Of a stretch of DNA of 35,511 nucleotides, positions 9,627-18,135 are shown in pieces. A program made the translations under genes and the position numbers. Within the stretch, counting starts at the first letter, position 1, and each line of letters opens with the position of its first letter. This stretch comes from Armatimonadota bacterium. GTDB taxonomy: Bacteria; Armatimonadota; Hebobacteria; CAIYQO01. Under the pieces are notes generated by a model. That model ran no database searches. It saw only the letters and a program-made list of their open reading frames with translations, and was not told where the DNA came from. Location: assembly GCA_038248345.1 (NCBI GenBank), contig JBBRXO010000016.1, positions 1-35,511 of the forward strand. Reading direction: 5' to 3'.

Positions 9627-10478
9627 CTATTGTACATCATCCGGGATAAATCCTTTATCCTGTGTGAGCAAAAATTGGTCGACAGCGGTTCCGGCTTCGC
9701 GAACCCTTAGATTTATATTCACCATACCAGCACCTAACTGTAGTGGGCGCATATTTTTGCCATTCATCAGGCATACCCAGTGCAATCCATCATAGGTAGC
9801 ATCGCCACCGAGGACGAACGCTTCATCGGAACTCTTATTGATTCCTTCAATATTTACAAAAAAAGTATTACCACAACCGGAATCCCAGTATGTCCGTGCC
9901 CACAAATAGTATGTGCCTGCTTGTGGAATATTTATCCAATAAGGCGCTGTATCAGGAACGATCTTATCTGCCGGATCATTCTTTGGATCAACTACCAGCC
10001 ATCTATTTTTGGATACTGCCCCAGAACCATCATCATTTTTCGGCAGTACCTTTTTCATGATCTTAAAGGCTAGGTATTCCTGTTTGATTCCCGTGGTATC
10101 CTCAGCTTCCCAGACTATTGGTGTCAGATCAACCGTAGGTGTTACTGGCGGATTATCAACTCCGGGATCCTGGTTGATAGGTATTTCGCCACCGCCGGGA
10201 GCAGGGACTTCGATATTTACTTCGCCACCTGGAAGCGGAACCGGCCCACTATTTGTGCTACTCCCCAGCGGATCTGCGATGGCAGCAGAGCCCAAAACCA
10301 CTCCTGTCGCCGATGACGTAACACCGTTTATAGGAGTACGTGTTGAAGTACCAGTCGGTTTCACCGCTGCCGTTTTAGTTTTGCGTGGCTGGCTATGCGC
10401 CGCGTAAAGCAGTGATGTCCATAGCATTGCTACCACTACAAAGGCGGCTATTTTACGCGATGTTGATATTGTCGTCAT
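9627..10478 (-). CDS. Secreted protein with Pro/Thr/Gly linker and C-terminal CBM6/CBM35-like module
   Basis: Start MTTISTS overlaps the upstream stop (ATGA); hydrophobic leader; WEAED...GTYYLWAR...REAGTAVDQFLLT pattern. Confidence 0.7.
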   Translation of the reverse strand: MTTISTSRKIAAFVVVAMLWTSLLYAAHSQPRKTKTAAVKPTGTSTRTPINGVTSSATGVVLGSAAIADPLGSSTNSGPVPLPGGEVNIEVPAPGGGEIPINQDPGVDNPPVTPTVDLTPIVWEAEDTTGIKQEYLAFKIMKKVLPKNDDGSGAVSKNRWLVVDPKNDPADKIVPDTAPYWINIPQAGTYYLWARTYWDSGCGNTFFVNIEGINKSSDEAFVLGGDATYDGLHWVCLMNGKNMRPLQLGAGMVNINLRVREAGTAVDQFLLTQDKGFIPDDVQ

Positions 10479-11983
10479 GATTTTTCCTCCACCACCAGTG
10501 GTGTGTCTGTTAAAATATCGGTTTTTGCGAATACGCCGTTGCCGATGACAGCAAAGAGCGCCGCGATGAGTACCGAGGTGCCGCGCACCCACGGGTTAGT
10601 CACCGCTGTTAGTAATACCAAAGCGACCATCGCCCCGAAGAGTGCGGCCGTCCACGGATTTATGTTATTGCGTGCCTGTTGCCAGGCCATGCCCAGATAT
10701 TGTCCAAATAACGCCAGTAACGCCGCCAGCCCCAGGAAACCCATGGTGACGGTGGCAAAGAGGTAGCCACTCTGTGCATCGCTTTCCAGCCGTTGCGTGC
10801 TCACTGCTCCCAGGTGGCCGTAGGCGCTGCTGGACATGGCCTCCTGGTATTTGCCCGCCCCGGCGCCAAAGAGCGGCGCTTGCGGTATAATCTGCAGGGC
10901 GGCCATCTGCTCACCCCAGAACTTCTTCAGGTGCTGCTTGCCATCCTCATAGCGGAAGGCTGCTTCCTGTGCGGGCAACTGCAACCGATACGGCTCCTGC
11001 ACGATTTCTATCCGATGGAACCCGTTGATCAACGCCATCGGCGCCAGATAAAGCAGTACCCCCAGTAGCGTCCAGCGCCCGACCTTTGGCCCCAGCGTAA
11101 TACCGAGGGCGAGAATGCCGGCGAGAATGGCGGGCACAACCAGCCCGGCGAGTATGCTCACCGCGGAACCCAGTAATAGTATGGATATCCACACCGCATA
11201 TTTGCGCGCTCCTGGACTTAGCAGCAGCGCCAACCCGAAGGGCAACACCAGCGCCAGGAAGGCGGCGTAGGCGGTGCGGCTGGAGTGATAGCCATGTTTG
11301 TTCCACGAGCCAAAGGTGGAGCTGACCTCTTGCGGAGTTTGGATGTAGGAGATGATCGGGCGTAATTTCGCCTGCGAAAGTGCATGGAAATTCCCCGTGG
11401 CATCCCACATGCCCATTTTTTTCTTATCTGCTTCCGGGGCCTTGTCCGGGTCTTCAGAGCGTGAAGCCTTGGAACCGAAGACTACGCGTTGCTGTGGGTC
11501 CGGCTGATAATCGCGTTGCAACATCACCCATTGCCCTACTCCGATGACCACCGCCAGGGTGGTAGTTACCAGTAGCCAGGTGAAAGCGGTGCGCGTACGA
11601 ACCGCGGTGGTGAAGACCGAACGAAAGACGGTGACGGCCACCACCAGATAGAGGAACAACTGCGCTGTCTCTTTAAGCACGCTGAATTCCGGCTTGTCGC
11701 CATTGAGGACGAATACCCCAATCGCCGCCGCGCCCACCACCAGCCAGTGGGTGAGCGGGGGCAAGCTGACGGTGTCGCGCATGGTGAACCAGCGCAGAAG
11801 CCAGATGTAGGCGGCCAGCCCGAGGAAAATCTCCGAAAAGCCGACGGATAAACCACTTATGGTGATAGCGGCGAACTGCGACGGAGCGCAAGCCAGCGCC
11901 AGGGTGGCTAAAATAAAAAGCGCCTTCCCCAGCGGATCAGCTTTTGCCGTTATTATTTGTTTTTCTGGTAGTAGTTCTGTCAT
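10475..11983 (-). CDS. O-antigen ligase / Wzy_C-family membrane protein
   Basis: About 12 TM segments; PLFGAGAGKY loop; AQSGYLFATVTMGFLGL equivalent of the HNxYL..E.G..G motif. ATG lies 1 nt after the upstream stop. Confidence 0.75.
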   Translation of the reverse strand: MTELLPEKQIITAKADPLGKALFILATLALACAPSQFAAITISGLSVGFSEIFLGLAAYIWLLRWFTMRDTVSLPPLTHWLVVGAAAIGVFVLNGDKPEFSVLKETAQLFLYLVVAVTVFRSVFTTAVRTRTAFTWLLVTTTLAVVIGVGQWVMLQRDYQPDPQQRVVFGSKASRSEDPDKAPEADKKKMGMWDATGNFHALSQAKLRPIISYIQTPQEVSSTFGSWNKHGYHSSRTAYAAFLALVLPFGLALLLSPGARKYAVWISILLLGSAVSILAGLVVPAILAGILALGITLGPKVGRWTLLGVLLYLAPMALINGFHRIEIVQEPYRLQLPAQEAAFRYEDGKQHLKKFWGEQMAALQIIPQAPLFGAGAGKYQEAMSSSAYGHLGAVSTQRLESDAQSGYLFATVTMGFLGLAALLALFGQYLGMAWQQARNNINPWTAALFGAMVALVLLTAVTNPWVRGTSVLIAALFAVIGNGVFAKTDILTDTPLVVEEKS

Positions 11984-11984
11984 A

Positions 11985-12686
11985 TCAGCGTCCATACCCC
12001 AATAATACCCAATGCACTGCATACCAGAGGAGAATTGCGAAAATACCCCACGGTAAAATATTCGGTTTATCTTCACTCACCCCCGCTCCTCCGAGCCAGA
12101 GCATCAGCGGGTAGAGCAAAGCAGCGGTAAGGATGGAGATGAATTGCACCGGCTCCACCATATACCAGTTACTTAACGGTGGCACGGTGTTGATAACCCA
12201 GGAGTACAGCATCCCGATGACAGCGATGAATAACCCACCAGCTAGGGCGGCGACACCGAAGCGATAACTCTTACCTACCCCCACGCCCGCCTGCGCCGCC
12301 AGATAAAACATCACTAACCCGAGGAGGATGGCGATGGGGGCGATGAGCGGGGTAGCGTTTAGGAGTAATCCCCAAGCTCCGTTGTCAGTAGAGCTGAAGG
12401 TGCGCGTGCTAGCCAGCCAGACGGCAGTTGCGACCGTCACTCCACCCAGCAGTTGTGTGGCCACAACCGAGGATTTGCGTGCTAATGCCAGCGCGAATGC
12501 GGCGAGGCCGAAGAGCGTCAGCAGTGTCTGTAGCATGATCTTCGGCGGCAGATACGGATTATTATCGGGGGTTGCCCACCACAACCCTAACGCGATAAGG
12601 GCCAGCGTCAACAATTGTGCAGACGTCGACCATAACGCGCGAAGATCAACTTCCCGCTTATTCGATTCCATTATTGAACTTGTCAT
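11985..12686 (-). CDS. Hypothetical integral membrane protein (about 7 TM)
   Basis: 233-aa ORF with successive hydrophobic segments, tightly coupled to the ligase gene. Confidence 0.75.
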   Translation of the reverse strand: MTSSIMESNKREVDLRALWSTSAQLLTLALIALGLWWATPDNNPYLPPKIMLQTLLTLFGLAAFALALARKSSVVATQLLGGVTVATAVWLASTRTFSSTDNGAWGLLLNATPLIAPIAILLGLVMFYLAAQAGVGVGKSYRFGVAALAGGLFIAVIGMLYSWVINTVPPLSNWYMVEPVQFISILTAALLYPLMLWLGGAGVSEDKPNILPWGIFAILLWYAVHWVLLGYGR

Positions 12687-12759
12687 CGTAATTATTTAGA
12701 CGCATTAATAACGTAAAAGTTCCCCGTTTGAGAATAAATTGACATGACGTGGTTAGAAA

Positions 12760-14076
12760 TTACGCCAATAATGCCCGTACGATAGCCTCGGGGCTGTTGC
12801 AGAAGTAAACTGGTACGCCGAATTCACTGGTTATCTCCGCTACGGTGATATCATCCAGTGTGATGCCGTCATCATTTAGCATCGCCGACGGGAGCAGTAG
12901 CGCCGCATGGGTAGCAACGCCAGTGAGCGCGGCGCGCACATCGCCAGCGGTGAGGAGACCGGCTACTGACACACCAGTGCCGAAGAAGATATTCTGCGCT
13001 GTTACCAGCGTTATCTCCACTCCACGTGCCTGCAGCTTGTCAGTCAATTGTGCGACTATCGATGTTGCGAGGGTCCCGGTGACCAGGGTAACAGCTTTGG
13101 TCTTCTTTTTCTGCAGCAGTTTCAGCGCCGCCGGGATATCATCGAGGAACTGCCGCGCCAGCCCGATGCCGTTCTCTAATTGGGGGAACTCTTCATATTC
13201 CACCGCTGTAGGCAACGGTGTCCCCGCTAGCAGGTAAAATTCGTCTGCCGCAAATACCTGCCGTGTGCCCAGCCTGGCCAGGTTCTGCTGCTGTTGTTGT
13301 GTCACTAGTTCAAGTACGGCTGCCGCATCCACTGCTGTCACTTGCCGTACTGCCGGGCCTCCTGGGCGGTAGTCCGTCAACCCTACCGGGACGATGCCTA
13401 CCGTGAGTAAAGGCGGCTGCAGTTCCGCCAGTTCGGTAAGCGTTTGCGCCAGAATATCGCCGTCATTCCACCCTGGACAGAGGACGATCTGCCCGTGGAC
13501 TTCAATACCCAGCTCGCCCAGGCGGCGTAACTGCTCACGGATATCGGGGGCGGATTTATTTTGCAACATCTGTCGCCGCACCGTGGGATCAGTGGCATGG
13601 ATGGAGACAAACAGTGGCGACAGATGCTCATTCCCAATGCGCTCCCAATCGGCTTCAGCTAGATTGGTGAGACTAAGGAAATTGCCATGCAGGAATGATA
13701 GGCGGAAATCATCGTCGCGGATACGCAATGAAGGGCGTGCTGCGGTGGGCAATTGATCCTCGAAACAGAAGACGCATTTGTTGCGGCAGGGTGTGATACC
13801 ATCAAAAACGTCGCAAGTGAAGGATAATCCGATATCTTCATCCGCTTCTTTTTCAATCTCTATCTCCCAGCGCTCCTCGCCGCGCATTATCGTCAACGTC
13901 ACATCTTCATCCGCAGTAGCGAAACGATAGCCGATGTAATCCGACACCGGCACCCCATTCACCGCCAGAAGCAGGTCACCGGGAGCTAACTCCAGTTCCT
14001 CAGCGATACTATGATGTGCCACCGACGCTACAATGGCAACCGGTGTTGTATTGTTTTTCTCAAATTCCTCTAACAT
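12760..14076 (-). CDS. PDZ + radical SAM + DUF512 protein (TIGR03279-like)
   Basis: N-terminal PDZ-like SIAEELELAPGD; CRNKCVFC; DDDFRLSFLHGNF; QIVLCPGWNDG; ADEFYL; QLENGIG; VAGLLTAGD. Confidence 0.92.
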   Translation of the reverse strand: MLEEFEKNNTTPVAIVASVAHHSIAEELELAPGDLLLAVNGVPVSDYIGYRFATADEDVTLTIMRGEERWEIEIEKEADEDIGLSFTCDVFDGITPCRNKCVFCFEDQLPTAARPSLRIRDDDFRLSFLHGNFLSLTNLAEADWERIGNEHLSPLFVSIHATDPTVRRQMLQNKSAPDIREQLRRLGELGIEVHGQIVLCPGWNDGDILAQTLTELAELQPPLLTVGIVPVGLTDYRPGGPAVRQVTAVDAAAVLELVTQQQQQNLARLGTRQVFAADEFYLLAGTPLPTAVEYEEFPQLENGIGLARQFLDDIPAALKLLQKKKTKAVTLVTGTLATSIVAQLTDKLQARGVEITLVTAQNIFFGTGVSVAGLLTAGDVRAALTGVATHAALLLPSAMLNDDGITLDDITVAEITSEFGVPVYFCNSPEAIVRALLA

Positions 14077-14082
14077 GCTGAC

Positions 14083-14100
14083 ATTATACCATGTTATAAT
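14083..14100. promoter_or_regulatory. Back-to-back extended -10 promoters (TGnTATAAT on both strands)
   Basis: Plus strand TGTTATAAT at 14092-14100; minus strand TGGTATAAT at 14091-14083. Confidence 0.7.
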
Positions 14101-14123
14101 ACAGGCAGGCAGGGAAGAGAATA

Positions 14124-16001
14124 TTGATAAACATAAAATTTTTATTTACAGTAATGATCATCCTGGCAGCAATTCCACTTATGGCACGTGAGATAACCGC
14201 CACGAGATTTGCTGGCAACCCACCGAAGCTTACCCTGCGTACGTTGATGTCACCGCGTTGTATCACCTACTCGGCCGCCGACAAACAGATATACGTCCTC
14301 GATACTGGACTGCGTCGCGTTGTTTCCTATACCGTTCCGGATGGTATGCCGCAACGTAGCTGGTCTTTCCCTGACTTGGGCATCACCGATGATACTATCA
14401 TTCCGCCCGATTCCTTGCTGCCCGTTATTTCGCTGGCACCGACTAATGGCGGGGTATGTCTATTGTGGGGAGATCGGATAACGCAGAAATTACGGGTGAT
14501 CCCGCTGGAAAATATCGAGCGCTCTCGCGACGTCACCCTGCCCGCCGACGCAGCGGATGGCGCATATGCCCTTAATAACTCCGGGCAGGTGGTGTTAGCA
14601 GCAATATTGAAAGACGACAATGCACAAGTGCTCTTCCTGCAGCGTGAGACCAACGATGGTGGTTGGGCGATGATCTCCCAGCGGAAATTACCCGCTAACC
14701 CCGTAGGAACAAAGATATTCCTCACCGGGTTTGCCATTAATGCGCTGGACAATTACCTGTTGGGGTTGGCTCAGACACCCGAGAAAGGAGTGGCTTATAG
14801 TTGCAGCTTCTCCTTAAGTTGGCTGGCACGCGGCACCGGAGACCTGCTTAGCTACAAGCTGAACAATGACATCGCCGTACGTTTGGCGCGCCATCCCTTC
14901 GCCTCCCAGGAAGAAAAATCATGCGTTCCGCTGTTGACCTCACTAGCGGGTACCAATGATCTAGTCGTGAGTGGTGGCCAGGCGCTTGACCCATATATCC
15001 GCATTTACGGCGGCGATGGCTATCAGTTGCTCCGCTCAATTCCGTTTGGTAACGGCATCGGGGGCCAGCATCTAACAGTAATTCCTACCGATGATGGAAT
15101 GCTGCTGGGCGAGGTATCGCCTACTGTTGGCCAGGTACTACTCTATGCGCAGGACGGCAGGCGATTAGCAACAATAGGCGAGCCAGTACCTTACGTGCTT
15201 GATAATGCGGAAACGCTGGCTGCCAACAGCAATGGGGTATACACCGCCACCCGCTGGAACGAAAGTTGGCACGTGCTGGCATTTACGACCAACGGTACTT
15301 TCCGCTGGTCAATACCGGTTATACCGCCCGATGGTATGGAGCAGGCGAAGCCTGTGCTCTGTGCAATTTCGCCAGCAACGATTCTCCTCGGTTGGCGACA
15401 GCCTGGCTCCGCAGGTGTTGGCTGGATAGTACAACTGGATACTGACGGCACTATCGCTGCCTGGTTCCCACCCACACAAACCCCGGTTACCGAGGTGCGA
15501 ATCTCCAATACCGGCATGACATCCACCCCGATAGTGCTGGGCGCGGATGACCGGATATATGTGCTGAGCGAAACGGCGGATGATACCCGCGTGCTGGCAT
15601 ATTCCCAGAATGCGCTGCTAAAGCAGAGCTACCCGACAGAGGTTAAGGGGATATCGCTGGCGTTGGCGGATTCCTCCATCCTTTGGGCCAACATGCAACA
15701 GGGCGATATGGTTATCACTAATTACCGCAAAGATGGCATTGAACTCGGTTGGCGCAGAATTCATCGGGCAGCGACACGCAGCACCCAGTTCCTCCCGGTG
15801 CGCACCCCACAATTGTGGGGTTGGCTCACATCTACTGATACCCTGATCCGAATTGATGAAGATGGCGCGGTAGTGGAAGAAGTAACGCTGCAGAGCGCAC
15901 GTGGTACTTCTCTGCAAAATGTACAGTCCCTGGCCAGCGACGGCAAAGATAGAATTTACCTGTCCGTAAATGGGATAATCAGGTCAGCGCTGCTGAAGTA
16001 G
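14124..16001 (+). CDS. Secreted beta-propeller (NHL-like) protein
   Basis: TTG start and signal peptide; SPRCITY..QIYVLDTGLRRV, GQVLLYAQDGRRL, SLASDGKDRIYLS blade-like repeats. Confidence 0.7.
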   Translation: MINIKFLFTVMIILAAIPLMAREITATRFAGNPPKLTLRTLMSPRCITYSAADKQIYVLDTGLRRVVSYTVPDGMPQRSWSFPDLGITDDTIIPPDSLLPVISLAPTNGGVCLLWGDRITQKLRVIPLENIERSRDVTLPADAADGAYALNNSGQVVLAAILKDDNAQVLFLQRETNDGGWAMISQRKLPANPVGTKIFLTGFAINALDNYLLGLAQTPEKGVAYSCSFSLSWLARGTGDLLSYKLNNDIAVRLARHPFASQEEKSCVPLLTSLAGTNDLVVSGGQALDPYIRIYGGDGYQLLRSIPFGNGIGGQHLTVIPTDDGMLLGEVSPTVGQVLLYAQDGRRLATIGEPVPYVLDNAETLAANSNGVYTATRWNESWHVLAFTTNGTFRWSIPVIPPDGMEQAKPVLCAISPATILLGWRQPGSAGVGWIVQLDTDGTIAAWFPPTQTPVTEVRISNTGMTSTPIVLGADDRIYVLSETADDTRVLAYSQNALLKQSYPTEVKGISLALADSSILWANMQQGDMVITNYRKDGIELGWRRIHRAATRSTQFLPVRTPQLWGWLTSTDTLIRIDEDGAVVEEVTLQSARGTSLQNVQSLASDGKDRIYLSVNGIIRSALLK

Positions 16002-16020
16002 TGGGGCAAAAAGCATTTTT

Positions 16021-16049
16021 TTGACAAACAGCAGAATTATGGTTATTCT
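16021..16049 (+). promoter_or_regulatory. Sigma70-type promoter
   Basis: TTGACA-17 nt-TATTCT; AAGGAG RBS before the ATG at 16128. Confidence 0.75.
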
Positions 16050-16127
16050 GGTATTTGTTTAATGGGGGTAACGGGGCAAAGCCCCGGCGCGATTCACGCG
16101 TACCTAGTCTGAAAGGAGCAAAAGCTT

Positions 16128-17222
16128 ATGTCGATGTTATCCGTTAAGAGAACATTGTTGCGTTTTTCCGCAGTGTCCGCACTCGCAGTAATGGGCACCT
16201 GCCTTTATGCGCAGACAATGACACCCACTGTGGACACCCCGAATGATATGACGGCAGCTATTGCTTCCGCCATTCCGGTGGAGCAACCCGCCGTCTTCCC
16301 GGCCACCATCACTTATGGAGATATCTCCGTCTGTGAACTATCGGTGCTGGGAGATAGATCTTCATTGATTACGGGGCAGGTGGCTTCCTGGAACTATCAG
16401 GATCTACCGGCTGGATCAGCTGATTATAAAAAATTGGCAAAACCCAGTACCAACGGCTCCCTCGCTATGGGTTATGCCCTCCCCGCCAATAGTGGATTAA
16501 TCGGCGAGATGATGCAGATTAACGAGAAAACTTTTATCCGTGTCAACGATATTGATAATGGCATAATGGTTTTGACCGAAAAAAAACCGGCGCGCACCCC
16601 CTATGCCATTGTGGTACCACGGCTGCTTATTAATCGACTCGGAAATAATAACGTGGAGCCACTGAAAACCATATCCTTTAATGATACCGTCCCCATTTCC
16701 ATCCCTGCAGCGATACGCAAACTGGCCGATGCCGCTGATGGCCCGATAATGGTGCTCGGCTGGGTGGAAGTACCGCAGATCAGCGGTTATGCTTTGAATG
16801 AAGTACCTTCTACCGGTGGTGACCCCTTCGGAGAGAATGTCTATCGTTTCCAGGATAAAGTAGAAGCGACCAATGCCTATGCCTTGATCATGGCCTACGT
16901 GCAGCCCCCACTTAAAACCGATACACTGGCCAACAGAGATATGCTGTCAAAGTACTTCGGCGCCTCCAGCTTGACGATGAAAGATTATCACATGGAGATT
17001 CGCGTCGCACTCATCAATGAACGCCCGCAACCAGCATATACTACGCGCAAGATATTCCTGGACGGGCTGGATAGTATTACTGTCACGGATATCTTCCATG
17101 TAAGTGAGAATGACACCACCTCGGTAATCCGCCGCGGCAATTTCATGGTATTGAGCCCGGTAGAAAACTGTTCGTTAGCATCACAATCTGGCGATAAAAT
17201 GGAAGATGAAAAAGCAAAATAA
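16128..17222 (+). CDS. Secreted hypothetical protein, possible acetolactate-decarboxylase-like fold
   Basis: Signal peptide ending LYA-Q; GLIGEMMQIN, RTPYAIV, DYHMEI and FHV motifs. Confidence 0.6.
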   Translation: MSMLSVKRTLLRFSAVSALAVMGTCLYAQTMTPTVDTPNDMTAAIASAIPVEQPAVFPATITYGDISVCELSVLGDRSSLITGQVASWNYQDLPAGSADYKKLAKPSTNGSLAMGYALPANSGLIGEMMQINEKTFIRVNDIDNGIMVLTEKKPARTPYAIVVPRLLINRLGNNNVEPLKTISFNDTVPISIPAAIRKLADAADGPIMVLGWVEVPQISGYALNEVPSTGGDPFGENVYRFQDKVEATNAYALIMAYVQPPLKTDTLANRDMLSKYFGASSLTMKDYHMEIRVALINERPQPAYTTRKIFLDGLDSITVTDIFHVSENDTTSVIRRGNFMVLSPVENCSLASQSGDKMEDEKAK

Positions 17223-17280
17223 GGTTGCGCCAATGACAGCCACCCAACGACCGGGGCCGGGAGGTTCCGGTCGTTTGTCA

Positions 17281-17289
17281 TGCTATACT
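17281..17289 (+). promoter_or_regulatory. Extended -10 element upstream of the DeoR gene
   Basis: TGCTATACT. Confidence 0.45.
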
Positions 17290-17355
17290 GATGCGCCACT
17301 CTACACAGGGTGGCTGACAACTAGCTCCACGGGTGAATTAGTGAGAGTTTCCACT

Positions 17356-18135
17356 ATGCAGAACGATACCTTCAAAGAGGAACGCTGGCGTGAGATATTG
17401 CGGCGGCTGGGAGAGCAGGGGCGGATTCGCGTGGGCGAGTTGGCCGCACAGTTGCACGTGTCCGAAGCTACCGTGCGCCGCGACCTGGAGGCGATGAGCA
17501 CGCAGGGGATGCTGCAGCGAACCCATGGCGGGGCGGTATTGCCACGCCCAACCACCTTTGAGGTATCCTTCGATGAGAGTCAGGCGCGTGCGCAACTGGA
17601 AAAGCAGGCCATCGGGGCCGCTGCCGCCGCGCTGGTACATGAGGGAGATTCAATCATTATTGAGTCTGGCTCTAGCACACTGGAGTTGGCGCGGTGTTTG
17701 ATCGAGATGCCACGGCTGACGGTGCTTACGAATTCGCTGGTGATCGCGCGCGAGCTGGCGGTGAATGTAGATATTGAGATAATGGTACTGGGCGGGACGC
17801 TACGGCGGCAAAGTGCTAGCCTGGTGGGTGCGTGGGTGGGGGAGATACTCGCGAACGTGCGCGTGGATACAGCCTTTCTGGGGGTTAATGGGATCAGTGC
17901 GGGCTATGGCATCTCGGCGCCGAACCCGTTTACCGCAGAGAGCCGAAAGGCGATGCTGGGGGCGGCACGCAAGAAGGTTGCCCTGGCGGATCACAGCAAG
18001 CTGGGCGTGGACTCGCTTTACCGGGTGGCCCCGCTATCCGCGCTTGATTTACTGATAACCGACTCCGGCGTCGCGCCCGAGGAGTTATCTCGGTTTCGCG
18101 ACGCCGGTCTGGAAGTGATTACCGCTTCGATTTAG
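17356..18135 (+). CDS. DeoR/GlpR family transcriptional regulator
   Basis: HTH ELAAQLHVSEATVRRDL..RTHGGA; sensor domain EKQAIG, SGSST, VLTNSL, LADHSK. Start at MQNDTF. Confidence 0.95.
   Translation: MQNDTFKEERWREILRRLGEQGRIRVGELAAQLHVSEATVRRDLEAMSTQGMLQRTHGGAVLPRPTTFEVSFDESQARAQLEKQAIGAAAAALVHEGDSIIIESGSSTLELARCLIEMPRLTVLTNSLVIARELAVNVDIEIMVLGGTLRRQSASLVGAWVGEILANVRVDTAFLGVNGISAGYGISAPNPFTAESRKAMLGAARKKVALADHSKLGVDSLYRVAPLSALDLLITDSGVAPEELSRFRDAGLEVITASI

Noticed and set aside
10479..12076. Longer ORF-track starts at 10592 and 12076
   Set aside because: They overlap upstream genes; coupled starts at 10478 (ATGA) and 11983 are more plausible.
16064..16105. c-di-GMP-I riboswitch suggested by GGCAAA
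   Set aside because: The GNRA-loop/receptor second stem and the GCAAAAC/GCAAAGC architecture are not present; kept only as a generic structured leader.
17206..17355. 50-aa N-terminal extension of DeoR
   Set aside because: DeoR homology starts at MQNDTFKEER, and the extension spans a likely promoter.
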